From Felis catus (Eukaryota): a stretch of 64,000 nucleotides of DNA. The stretch spans positions 238,888,001 through 238,952,000 of the forward strand of contig NC_058368.1 of NCBI RefSeq assembly GCF_018350175.1, in the 5' to 3' direction. Positions 12,701 through 24,679 of this stretch are shown here, piece by piece. Every line of letters begins with the position of its first letter. The stretch's first letter is position 1. A program made the translations under genes and the position numbers. The notes under the pieces are model-generated. The model ran no database searches. It was not told where the DNA came from and saw nothing but the letters and a program-made list of their open reading frames with translations.

Positions 12701-14114
12701 GGCGCCAGCCCGGGTATCTGCAGGCTTTGTTTAGGTCCTGTTGCCACGGCAGCGCTTGTTTGTTTTGATGTTACTATGTGTTAAATTTTAAACAAATTTC
12801 TCGCAGCTCCACTCCAGGTCTCGATTGAACGCTATTGTTACCAAGACAAAGCCTTCTGGCACCCTCTCTGCCCCGAGGGGCAGACCTCGGTGGGTCTGAA
12901 ATACTAATTAATCCAGACTCTGTGTGCCCAGCACGAATAGCACCCTGACAGCCCCGCGTGGGGAGCCCGGACGACAGCGTCCCCTCAGTTCTGCCCGTGT
13001 GCTCGCGTGGGGTGCAGGTGGAGGGCCCGGCCTGAGGGGGGCAGAGGGCGGCCTCCTGGCCCATGCGCGCGCCTATTTTGGGGTTGCTGTGTGTTCAGAG
13101 TGAGGGGCCGTGTTTCCTGCAACATGATGCCGGCGTCTGGGTCTCAGGTTAGGAAGAAGCACCTTGGCGGGGCTCCCTGGGGCCCGTCGGCCACTGACCG
13201 GCTCCATTCTTGCCACACACCCCGTGGCCCCAGCCGGGACATGGCCACGGCCCGGACGTGGTGGGACTTGTCCGAGGCAGGAAGCGGGAATAACAGAGCT
13301 GAGCCTTCCCCACAGAACACAGTCCAGATGCTGCCCGCCGCCGTTCCACCACGATTGTGGGGCGGGGGCGTCCACGGGAGGTCCGGGTGAGGTTGGCAGG
13401 GCCCCATGCGTGCGGGCACATCCCAGAGACACCAGGGACGGGGGCTCCCCTGTGCCGGGTCTGCCCAGGGCCCACACTGTCCAGGCGGGGGGCAAGCGAG
13501 CGTGGGCATTCGGGGTCAGCGGCGGGGTCAGGATGGCCACGTGGCTGAGGCCTTCTCTGTGGGGGCCCTCTCCTGGCCCGAGGCCATGCAGGGCCTCCGC
13601 GGTGGGCAGCCTGGTGCGTCTGGAATCGGGGAGTTGCTGGCCCTTGGCCCCTCGCTGGGTTGATGTGGATGCTGGGTCTCAGCACACCTTTTGTCCTTTT
13701 AAGGTGACCTTCCCCAAATGCTCAGAAATGGTTTCAGTGACCTCAGTGGGTCTGTTTCATAGCCCATCCCCTGCCATAGCCACGATGGCAATTAGGGGCG
13801 CAGGTTGTGGGCGGGGGGTGGTGGCTGGAGCCCCCAGGGACCCCGCCCCTGCCCCTCACAGGGCAAGCCCAGCCCCAGGCTCCTGCATGAAGCAAGCACG
13901 CTAGGGTGGCTTTTACCTACTTGGCGGGGAAGAGTCGGGGCCACAACTGCCCCTTCAGGCAGATCGGGGCCTCCCCGCGGCCCCTACAGACCCACAGCAT
14001 CATGGTTGTGCCCGGGCCCTGATAGGCGGGTTGGTCAGCAGCACTGGGGAGCCCTGGGCAGGAGCAGGGCGGCCGCTGTCTGCCAGGAAGGTCTGGCTGC
14101 AACTGGTCCTCCTT

Positions 14115-14313
14115 TTTTTGTTGTTTATTTTTTTTAAGAGAGAGCGAGAGCAAGCGAACGCAGGGGAGGGGCAGAGAGAGAGGACAGAGGGTCGGTAGCA
14201 GGCTCCGAGCTGTCAGCACAGAGCCTGAAACCCGGGCTCGGACTCGTGTACCGTTGAGACCATGACCTGAGCTGAAGTCAGACACTTGACCGACAGAGCC
14301 CCCCAGGCGCCCC
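14115..14313 (-). mobile_element. CanSINE (SINEC_Fc-like)
   Basis: Antisense head 'ccaggcgcccc', (ga)n segment and T tail; flanking 'ggtcctcctt' at 14105 and 14320 is a likely TSD remnant. Confidence 0.9.
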
Positions 14314-16179
14314 ACCGGCGGTCCTCCTTGGGCACAGTGTGCAGTTGGAGCCACTGGTCTGGCCTGGGAGCTGCCCCAGGTCAGGCATGACGTGAGGGCA
14401 CCGCTACGTCACAGCCACAATGGCAGCTCCCCCAGGAGCCCCCCACTCCTGCCAGCCCAAAGGAATTCCCCACAGGGCCCTCCTTCTCACTGAGCCTCAT
14501 CAGAGCCTTAAGTGGCCCCTCGACACCCCACTTCCTGCCTGCGCTGTCACCCTGGCCAGCCAGGCTGCCCTCTGGACAGGTCTCCCAGGGCCCTGGCTTT
14601 GCTGCGGGGGGGGGGGGGGTGCACGGGGGGCCAGTAGCTTCCTCCCACCCGAGCGGCAAGTTCTCCATAATGACCCAGCATGCTGCCTCCCACCTCTTGG
14701 AGAGGTGTCCCTGGGAGTGCCATCGGTCCTGAATCATGGAGGTGCCGGCACGTTTTGGCCCGAAGCCCGGGAGCCTTCCTGCTGTTAGCCCTGGAGGGAC
14801 ATACGCCTGTCTCTGGAGGGCTGCCCTGGCCCCCGCCAGCCCCAGTGTCCCCGGGTGACCTTTGGCACTGGCAGGGTTCAGCCCCCTGCCCACCCTGAGT
14901 TGGGTCTGGAGGCCTGGGGGACACAGGGCTTGGGAAGCAAAGTGAAACCCCAGCTCATGGGGCCTTGTGTGTGATCAGTGACCCCATTCCTGCTGGGCGG
15001 GCCTGCAGGCAGGGCACCGGCCAGCCCGGCCTGGAGCCGGGAGAGGGGGTTTCAGGGTGGGGACACCCTCCAGTTCTGTGGACTCTGGAGAACAGGCTCA
15101 CTCTGTGTCCAGAGAGCAGTGTAATGTGATCAGTGTCTCTGGGGAAGAGACGGGCATTGTCATTCTAGAACTTGCTGCGCATGGCTCTCTGCAGCAGGGT
15201 GCCGGGTCCCCTGGGGAGAACTCCCTGCTGGGCAGTTACGGTGGGGACACTTGGGGACACCCGGCCCGGCCAGGTGGAGCAGGAGAGTCGGCCTTAGGCC
15301 CGTGTCCACCAGCTCTGAATGTGGCCCTCTGATGGGAGCCCCCGTCAGCCTTCCCCCCCACCCCCAGCTCAAGTGACTCACACTGGTGGCGCCTGGTGCC
15401 GCGGTGCCCAGAGAGGGCTGCGTGCTCCGGCGGCCAGTCCCGGGGCTGGCCGTCAGGCCTGGCATCCACATGCCACCCGGGCAGGGCGTGAATAGGAGAC
15501 AGGAGTGCCTTTGACGGCCCAGGACAAACAAACAGGGCCTTGGCCTGGCAGCAGGGCAGGGATCTCCGTGCGGGGCGGCTGCTGTGAGAACCTCGCTGCC
15601 CAGGAAGGTTTCCCCAGAGGCTGGGGGGTGGGGGGTCGAGACCAACTGCTGCGGGGGCAGAGCCCACTGCCCACCACTGGGTCTGAGGAATCCCTGCACC
15701 CACCAGGCCACCAGCCCCTGCTGTGCGGTCGTGGTCGGGACCAGCACCTGAGGACAGAAGGGGCGTTTGTGTTCTGAGTGCAGGCCCCGTGGGGGCTCGG
15801 GCTTCCCAGCCCCGCTCCCCGACTGCGGACTGTGTCCCGTGTCTTCCGACGGGCACGTCAAGTGCCTCTGAGTCCCTGCGTGTGGTGTCCAGCTGTTCAC
15901 TGCTGAAGGACACCTGACTACGTGGTTCCCGTGGGACTGTGGTGCGTCTGTCCTGTGTCGAGCCCAGACGTGGGGGCTCAGAGCCGTAACTGCCCAACCG
16001 CCTCCCCGGGTGGACGCCACGTCGGAGTGCCCGGCTGACCACATCCTCCCGGTGCGGCCATTTCACCGGCTTCAGCCACGCTGGCCGTCCGGCCCGGTAG
16101 GACTCGCCATGTGGGGTGGCGCTTTGTGTGCTCTGCCCTGGCCACCCAGGGGTCTTCCTGGACAGTGTCCGGTTCGGGT

Positions 16180-16700
16180 ATTTGCCCCGTTTTCTATGTG
16201 GGATCCTCCCTGTTAAGTTTGAAAAACTTTCTCTTTCAGGTATCTGTTTGCACGTGTTTTCTCCCCATCTGTGGCTCGTTTCGTATTCCTCGGAACAGCA
16301 TCTTTTCAAGGGCGTGGGGTTTTAAATTTCGGTGCATTCCAATTCCTTGTTTCTTTTATGGACTTTTTTGGTGTTGTTTCTAAGAAATCTTTGCTTCACC
16401 CAAGGTCACAAAGTTTTTCTCTTAGGTATTCTTCCAGAAGTTTATAGTTCTAGGCTTTGTGCTGAACTTAGGACGATGGCCCGTTTTGAGTGAGTCTCTG
16501 TAGGCACTTCGAGGCACAGTGCAGGGCTGGCTCCCCGCTGTACCAGCCCCAGCTGTTTAGAGACGGCCCTTTCTCTCTGAGCTGCCTTTCTTTGCTCTTC
16601 CGTGGAAACCCTCGCGTGGGTCTGTCCCTGTGCCTTCGTGGTTATTGTGGCTGTTCTGGGCCGTCTGCTCGTGGACATCTGCAGGGCCGTCCCACTCAGG
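16180..16700 (-). mobile_element. Degenerate LINE-1 fragment
   Basis: 'taagaaatctttgcttcacccaaggtcacaaagtttttctc...ttcttccagaagttttatagttctagg' is typical of antisense L1 ORF2 3' region. Confidence 0.7.
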
Positions 16701-17409
16701 CCTCTGCACCCACAGGGTGTCCCTGCATGGCAAGGAGCCGCCCCCACAGGACCTCTTGTTCTAAAACCCTGACAACTCCATGGATTAGCAGGAGAGATCC
16801 AAAGTGGGAAAAATGGTTTTTTAGTAAAAATTATAAAACGTGCACAGTTTAGAATCTTCCTGAAATTTTGTGAGTGGCCTGCGGCAAGGAATGAATAGGG
16901 CTGCATCTGCCCCTAGCCCCCTTGTGCCCCTTCGGCAGGCGGCTTTCAGGTGGGGGCAGTGGGGGTCCTGGGAGGAGGGATGGGCCCTGGGACCACCTTG
17001 CTGGGCGTATCGGCGAGGCGGCCGCCCGACCCCGTCCCCGTGTGATGACAGGGACGTCGGGCCACGGTGGCCCCAGGCAGGATTCGGCCTCTGTGTGGTT
17101 CAGATGGGATGAGCGTCTTGACTTTTTTCCCTCCTGCTCTGAGTGGACGCCACACACGCCCCATTTTAGACCCAGACAACAGCTTTGTTTTAATGTCCAG
17201 TTGTTCATAAAGGATGTGGTTCCTTTAAGCTTTTTTCCAAGACAATTTATATTTGCTGCCGTTGCCCATGGCGACCGACTGTTGGGCATAAACAGTGCAC
17301 ACCAGGGTGGGGGAGGGGCATATTCTGTATTTTAACGTTAGACTTGATTTCTGCTGTGGGAGAGAGGTGGGGGTTCCCCAAGGCCACTGGGCCCCCACCA
17401 GGTTCCTGG

Positions 17410-17660
17410 GTGGGGATCCCCTGATGTCACCGGTCCCTGGGTGGGGGCAGGGTTACCCCGATGTCACTGGGTGCCCAGACAGGGGCAAGGGTCCCCCGAT
17501 GTCACCAGGTCCCTGGGAGATAGTCTCCCGATGTCATCGGGTCCCTGGGCAGGGCCAGGGTTTCCCCAATGTCACCTGGTCCCCGGGCAGGGGTCTCCTG
17601 ATGCCACCAGGTCCCTGGGAAGGGGTCCCCTGACATCACCTGGTCCCTGGATGTCAGCAG
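17410..17660. repeat. Degenerate 32-38 bp tandem repeat just upstream of TPPP coding exon 2
   Basis: 'atgtcacc...gtccctggg' core at 17424, 17461, 17499, 17531, 17569, 17601 and 17633. Confidence 0.85.
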
Positions 17661-17743
17661 GTTCTGGGGGCACTACTTGGTGGGGCTGTGAGTTACGGAG
17701 GGGAGTGGCCCTGGCCCGGGCCCTGAGCGCTCTCCTCCCTCAG

Positions 17744-17897
17744 AGGGAAATCCTGCCGGACCATCACATTCGAGCAGTTCAAGGAGGCGCTTGAAGAGCT
17801 CTCCAAGAAGAGATTCAAAGACAAGAGCAGCGAGGAGGCCGTCCGCGAGGTGCACAGGCTCATCGAGGGCAAGGCCCCCATCATCTCAGGGGTGACG
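17744..17897 (+). CDS. TPPP: TPPP second coding exon ([51 protein letters not shown])
   Basis: Acceptor ctccctcAG at 17743; donor ACG|gtgagc; 154 nt, phase 2 to 0; missing from the ORF track in this frame. Confidence 0.97.
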
Positions 17898-18066
17898 GTG
17901 AGCATGGCTAGCAGGGACTCCCTGGAGGGCAGCAGCCCATGGGGTCTGGGGTGGGACAGCGGACGTGTTACTCCCTGGGGGTGTGCTGACCCAGCTGCCG
18001 ACGGCCTCACGCGCTCACCTGGCCCCTTGCGCTCACACGGGCGCGCCCCATTCTCTCCCTCTACAG

Positions 18067-18261
18067 AAGGCCATCTCGTCGCCCACTGTGTCCCGGCTCA
18101 CGGACACGACCAAGTTCACGGGCTCCCACAAGGAACGCTTCGACCCGTCAGGCAAGGGCAAGGGCAAGGCGGGCCGTGTGGACCTGGTGGATGAGTCGGG
18201 CTACGTACCGGGCTATAAGCACGCGGGCACCTATGACCAGAAGGTGCAGGGTGGCAAGTAG
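18067..18261 (+). CDS. TPPP: TPPP last coding exon ([37 protein letters not shown]...QGGK*)
   Basis: Acceptor ctacAG at 18066; GxGxGxxGR motif; TAG at 18259-18261; total CDS 666 nt = 221 aa. Confidence 0.98.
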   Translation, partial: KAISSPTVSRLTDTTKFTGSHKERFDPSGKGKGKAGRVDLVDESGYVPGYKHAGTYDQKVQGGK

Positions 18262-21200
18262 CCAGCCCAGGAGCAGCCCTTCCCGCGGGGGCCCGCGCCA
18301 CCTCACACTTCATTACATTCCCTTGCTCCCTGGGGCAGAACTCAAGACCGGGGCCCCGGGGGGCCGCGGGGGTGGCAGTCAGGCCTCCCCCTGCCTGGGG
18401 CCTGGCATGCTTCTCTCTGACCCCCAAGTGGGGCCCCGAAATCACTGACCGTTTCTAACACACCTGCCTCGTCCAGTGCTGGCCGACAACAAATGGCCTT
18501 TTTCAGAGCGTCTCCTGGGACCAGACCACACTAGCTACCTGACTTACAGGCGAAAAGGCCATTTTAAAGGGGCCGGTGAGCCACAAGGGGTGAGTGGGAC
18601 AGACCCTGTCAGAAGGTGGCCACCTGCTGAACTGCAAACCCCTCCCTGGAACCTCGAGGGCAGCACAAGCTAACGCACTAACCAGCGGCACCAAGAAGAC
18701 AGAAGTGAGCTGCTAACAGGACATCATGAAGGTGTGGGGAGGTGGGACAGGTGCTTGCATGTGCACAAACACTCACACATACCCACATGTGTGTGCCTGC
18801 GATACGCACATGCTCGCACACACACACACACACACGCACGCACGTCGTGGAGCCGGAGGAAGGTGAGCCAGTGGAAGGGGCTCCTCAGTGGACCAGAGGA
18901 ACACGGTCTGAAGTTGTCAAAACGGAAGCCAAGGACAAGACCGTTCACATTATTGTGTTTTCCTAAGAAGAAACTGGAAACGTATTTGTTCCCAGAATGG
19001 GTCAGCGAAGACAGAATACCGTTTCTGCCCCTTTCTCTCCTGCCGTTTGTGTCTCTAGGCCAGGAGACCCTGCTGGCCGAGGCTTCCTGTGCAGTCGCTT
19101 TGCTGGCATGATGCTGTCTTCTGTCCGGGGCCCCACTCTGCACTCAGGGCCTCCGGGCTGTGGGTCCCCGTGGCTGCTCCCTGTTTGCTGTTCAGCTTCG
19201 TGGTTCAGTCTCTGCATGAGTCTTCCCTAACCTCTCCCAACCCCTGCAAATGCAGAAAACCACACGACAGAGGCAGGCCCACAAAGGGCCCCGAGGCCAG
19301 CAGCATTTGTTGGCATTTGGTTTCTCCGTGAGGCTGGACAGGGGACTCTTGTCACAGCGGCTTCATGGGGACATGTCCCCTTGCAGAAGTGCCACCAAGC
19401 CTGGCGAGTGAGTGGTGGGGCCGTGTGGTCCTGGCGCTGGTCCTAGGAAAAGCCCACGGGAGCCTCAGGGAAATGCTTCTTGGAGCCTGTCCACCCCGGC
19501 CACTGTTCTGTGTCCGTGGCAGCTGGCTGGTTGGGGGCACTCCCCGGCGCACAGCACAGGCGGTTGAAATAGACCGGCACCGGGGTGGCACCCGCACCCG
19601 CCTCCCTGTGCCCAAAGGGCATGCTGGTCATCGCTAGAGCCGGGGATGGTCCCTCGTCTGTGCGGTGGGGCTCGGGGCTCGAGCTCCCATCCAGCATGGC
19701 CCCTCTGAAGGGATGTGGTCCTCCCCCTCGCCCCTACGGTGGGGCCTCACCAGCAGCTTCCTCCCGAGGTTCTGAGACTTCCCAGGGCGTAAAATCAGAG
19801 ATGGCTGCAGGCCTTGAGGCACCTGTGCTCACTGCGGTCTCTAGTTTCTACCTTGGCGATCCTGAGCTGCCCGGCCAGGCCTCTCCACCCCACGGTGGGG
19901 GAAGGGGGGGAAACCGAGGACTGAGTGCTGGAGGAGGGACAAGCAAGCAGGACACAGGACCCCCGGCTGGACCGCGGTGAGGATCTGGAGGCAAGGGGAG
20001 GACGTGGGAAACGCTGGAAGGTACTCTGAACACGACAAATGTTTCTCAACAGCGAGCAGGTCACAAACAAGACCTCCTCCCAGATCCTCTTGGGCAACAT
20101 GTTGGGGAGCACCGTCTGAGGCGGTGGGGCTCCGCCTCCTGCCATTAAACACCTGGGTCCCCACTAGCACAGCCATGACACAGCGTGGACACTGGAGTCC
20201 AGCAGGACCTTGGCTCCCACAGTGTGCATGTCCCAGTGAGCAGAGGGACGAGGGTCCCCGTGCCACAGCCTGTACCGGGAATGCACAGCCCCCCTTCCAC
20301 CGGCCCTTCTCAGCCCCCCTCACCCCCAGGAGGCCATCTTCTGTGCCAGAGCGGAGTCTCCAGGCAAAACAGCCTCCCCAGGACCACCCTGGGAGACTGG
20401 GGTCTAAGCAAGAGAAACCACACATCTGCCTGCCCACGGGGACCCCTGCTGTCACGCCCTCCCCACAGCAGCCCTCTTCTTAGCGGAAGGCACCAGTGTC
20501 GCGGGCTGGTGGAGCTGAGCTGCTCACTTGTGACCGGCGTTTCCCAGTGCGCTCCTGACTGTTCTCACAGCACCTTCCCGTGGGGTTTGTGAATGGGACC
20601 CCTTGGCGGTCCACCCCGTCCCACAGCAGGGAGGTCCGGTTGGCCACACAGGGGCTACAGTCTCCCCTGCCTCCCCTGCCCAACCCCAAAGCCTCTTCGG
20701 ACGGCGCCCGTCCCCAAAGCCTGGACGTTCCCTCAGTCAGGAAGGAGGGGGAGGTAGCAAAGACTCCATCACGAGACTTCAGCGCTCTCCATTCCATCAG
20801 CTTAAAATCATCTGCTAAACGTGTCGCCGCATGTGTGTGGCCCCCGCACACGCACGCACACGCATGCTCCTCCATCGGGGCCTGAACACGGAGAACACAC
20901 AGGCAGGGTGTGTGTCTTTGCTGCATGTTATATGCAATGCCAATTAGCTTCTACTAACCGCGTTACCCAGAAATCCAGCGTCTATGTGTGAGCGAGAGAC
21001 CGCACAGCACGAGGAGACAGGGCGCGTTCTGCCAGGGAGGGCAGGGCTGGCAGCATCTGAGTGTCAGGAGAACTGGAGGAGGGTGCTTAACACTGATCAC
21101 ACCAGAACACTTATTTATTTCTATTTAACGTGATAGGATAGGCAACTAGGCGGCGGTAACAGTCAGCTTTACCAAAATGAAGTTCAAATCATGTAAGTTT

Positions 21201-21424
21201 AGGATGTTATCGCAGAAGATATATATTTATACTGGAGTATTTTCACACCTCTAGTGTCCCCAGTCCTATGTTTGCGGCAGATGAAAATCACAGCCGATGC
21301 GAGAAGCTGGGGAACGGTGCGCCAGGCGGCTCGAGGGCACCACTTCCTGTTGGTGTGGCTCTGCGTCCGCGTCCCCGCGCTCGGCGCTCAGGACAGGCCG
21401 TGGGCGTCCCCCTGGCTGCTCGGT

Positions 21425-21626
21425 GGACAGGGCCTGCGGCAGCGGGCTCATGCCCCCACCCCAGACTGCCTCTGTGAATAGTTTTCTGGCACCCAGCTGT
21501 GCCCGTGTGCTCAGTCGGGCAGGACGTGCGGCTGCTTTTGCGCTACGTCGCGTGGTGGTGGTAGGAGGGGACACCTAAAATTTTCACCATCTGGCCCTTT
21601 ACGGGAAAAGCACGTGCTGGCCCTGC
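21425..21626. mobile_element. Degenerate MER58A-like hAT-Charlie element in the TPPP 3' UTR
   Basis: 'tagttttctggcacccagc...ggctgcttttgcgctac...cctaaaattttcaccatctggccctttacgggaaaag' follows the recalled MER58A consensus order. Confidence 0.65.
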
Positions 21627-22410
21627 CCCGGGGACCCAGCCCAGCTCTCTCCATACACAAGCTGGCTGCTCCCCCATCCCGCAGCCCACGCCACATGGGA
21701 CGCCCCGTCGTCACCTGTTCCGTGCAGGCCAGGTTGACAATTCAGCCGTACTGTGAAGTTACCAATAGGCTAGAATGTCCTTAAAACACTGACCCCGAAC
21801 AGCTCCCCTCCACTGATTGACTACTGAACACTGTGGAACCTGGTGGTTCGGGGTATGGCCTCTGTCCCTGGGCATGTGGAGGGCATGGCCCCAGGTGGGC
21901 TGGGCAGTGGCCACCCTGAGCTTCGAGAGGTTTTTTTCTCTCCCTCTAGACTCTTGAAAACCCAAACCAAGCCAAACACAAAGGAAACCCGCACAACTTA
22001 AAAGAAACTTGAAAGGGATCGTATACTACTAGTTTGTACTAAGTTTTTTTCAGGAAAGGGAAATAAATTTATATATATATGCAATATATTTTTACACTGT
22101 TTTGTTACCATTAGGGAGTCCTGAGTGTATCACTTTATCAGTGTGATGGTGAAGAGTAGAGTCGACGTCTTGGGTGTTCTGACTCAGAAAGGCACGTCTG
22201 CTGGCGTCTCAAAGCCGCACTCAACCAGGGTTATGTATGGGATCGGGGTGGCCCTCCTCTCCCTCCCAGAGCGTGAGGCACGGTGTCCCCGGTCAGAGCT
22301 GACCTGCAAGGCCTGACCTGCAAACCTGTAGCGAAACGGCTCGTGTCTGTCTGCATACTGCTCCTCCTGTGTTCGCTGTTAACATTGTGTGTCAAATTGG
22401 TAAAGTGATA

Positions 22411-22416
22411 AATAAA
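22411..22416 (+). terminator. Putative distal TPPP polyadenylation signal
   Basis: AATAAA followed by GT-rich sequence (tgtggatctgttgt); a proximal AATAAA is at 22062-22067. Confidence 0.6.
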
Positions 22417-22961
22417 GGTGTTGAAATGTGGATCTGTTGTCCTCAAGGTGCACCACCTACACCAGCAGTCACACACAGGCACTGACCTCTAACACGGACG
22501 GGCTGTGGGAGGGGCTGTGGGAGGGACGGGAGCCACAGCTCACAGGGTCTCACGTCACCTCCCCGCAGGGAGGAGACTTTTGCTTCCTCATTTAGACGGG
22601 GTGACTCCTGGCCTGACCCCAGGCCACCTGCCTCGTAGTCCCAGGCTCGTTCCAATCTCGCCCTGGTGCAGCCCCGGGTGGGGGCCCAGACATAGCAATG
22701 ATGTCCTTGAGTAAGTACCAACATGAAATCCTCTGTGAAATAGTTTTCAAAACTGAGGATAAAGGCATTCGTTCTAAGACGCAACAGGGAAAACTGCACC
22801 AGCAGACATTAAAAGTAAGTCTAACTGCAGCAAGAACATGACCACAGACACAATGTCTGCAGGGAAGTGGCTCAAAAAATAGGCAGTAAGTAACCATACA
22901 AAAACCCTGTAAATAAATGCTTTCTGTGGGAAAAAATATTTCCCTAAAATACTCGAACACT

Positions 22962-23163
22962 GGGGCGCCTGGGTGGCCCAGTTAAGTGTCCGACTCTTTA
23001 TTTCAGCTCAGGTCGTGATCCCACAGTTTGTGAGTTCTAGCCCAGAGTGAGGCTCTGCGCTGGGGGTGGAGCCTACTTGGTTGGGATTCGCTCTCTCTCT
23101 GCCTTTCTCTCTCAAAAACAAAACAAAACAAAAACACTAAAGCAAAAACCAAAAACCAAAAAA
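22962..23163 (+). mobile_element. CanSINE
   Basis: ggggcgcctgggtggc head, (ct)n segment, (aaaac)n tail. Confidence 0.9.
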
Positions 23164-24679
23164 CCCTTAAGAGCCATCATATGGAAGCCGAAGGGTGCCC
23201 GGGGAGGTACATGCCCATGGCTCCTGCACACTACCAGGGGGAGCAGAAGCCCTGATTAGACGAACACCCGCTGTGATAATATGCCAGAAAGAACGCATAG
23301 CTTCCAAACCCAGCAGAGGTGAAAACGGCTACAGTGTAGAAGGGGACAATCACAGAAGAAACAGAATACAAAACAAGAAGAAACAAAAGCGTATCGATTA
23401 TGTCAGGCGATGTGGCAAGAGGAAAGAGAGAAAAGCGATAAAGTAAAAGGTTTTAGAGCCGAATGTGTCAGTAATTTCCACTAAAGATGGAAAGGAACAG
23501 AAGCTGTGGTGCAGGAGAGGAAGTGAGAGAGACAGCGGCGCCATGGACCAGCACGAACCATGGCCGGGGGGACAGGGTGGCCCTGGTGCCATGGGGAGGA
23601 CGCAGGTGCGGACCAAGCCTTGCCGGCCCCGCCAGAGCCCCGCAGCTGGCCCTGGTGTTCTGCCTGCTCTGTCACCGGCCAGGGCCGCCCCAACGCGTCC
23701 TTGGCTTGAAAGTGGAGGTGGAGCCTGAGGTCGGGAGCAACCCGTGGCCATCGCTCACCCACGTCCCTTCCCTTCCCTGAACGGCAAGGACTTGCTTGAA
23801 GCAACCACCACCCCGACGGGTCTGCCTTAGGGACACAGCTCCAGATGCTGAGGCCGTGGAAATGCCATTAAAAGACTGTTAGGCCAAAAACTTGGACAAT
23901 TAGGCAATATGAGCGAATTCGAGATACAGCCCTTACGAGAACTCAGGAAGAAAGGGACAGCCTGCGCCATCCCAGGGCTTAAGCCGAGTAACTAATGGCA
24001 AAGTAGAAAAGCCCCCAAACCTAGTGGCTGACACAGTGACATTCCTTTCTTATGCACATGGAGTCCAGCCGAGGTCAAGGAGGGCTCTCTGCCCCCAGGA
24101 GAGAAACAGGCCCGCTGGTCAGTGGCACCGCCGGCAAGGCTCCGGAGGGGACAGCGGCCACCCTGGTGGCCCGGCAGCTCTTCTCTGTCCCACTCAGAAT
24201 GAGCCACGTGGCCCCAGACCCACTGCGGGGAGCTGGCGAACGGAGGGGTGGACGGTGCTCTGTGAGAAGGGGCTAAGGGAACTAAACCCGTGGCCAGAAG
24301 TCTCCCCCAAAGAGCATTTCGGGCCCGACTGGCTTCCTCAGCAAGTTCCATCGCACACTCAGGGAAGAGAGAGTTACAACCTGTCCTGAATTCTCCTAGA
24401 AAGCAGAGAAGGGTGCACAGCCGAACTTCTGTCACGGGCATGGCGTGGCGGTGTGAACGCGGAGGAGAGCGGTACCGTAAGGGAGGACCGTGGGTGGCGT
24501 CACCGCGGGGACAGGACGGGTTCCTGTCGCCGTCCCAGCCGACAACCACACCATGCGGTGCCGCGTCAGCGGGGTCCTGGGACCAGACTCTAGCTACCAT
24601 TTCCTCTTCACGACAGCGGGGGCAGGCACTTATCACCCCTTTCTACAGATGAGGAAATGGAGACCCAGAGAATTCCAAT

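Larger units (their letters stand above)
18262..22435 (+). other. TPPP: Probable long TPPP 3' UTR
   Basis: Runs from the stop to AATAAA at 22062 and 22411; contains AU-rich blocks at 21100-21250 and 22020-22110; end point inferred. Confidence 0.65.

Noticed and set aside
9888..16309. Many 200-385 aa ORFs in the TPPP intron
   Set aside because: Overlapping on both strands with GC-driven composition, no recognisable homology and no exon structure
17410..17660. CRISPR-like periodicity of 32-38 bp
   Set aside because: Degenerate tandem units without unique spacers, in a mammalian intron with no cas genes
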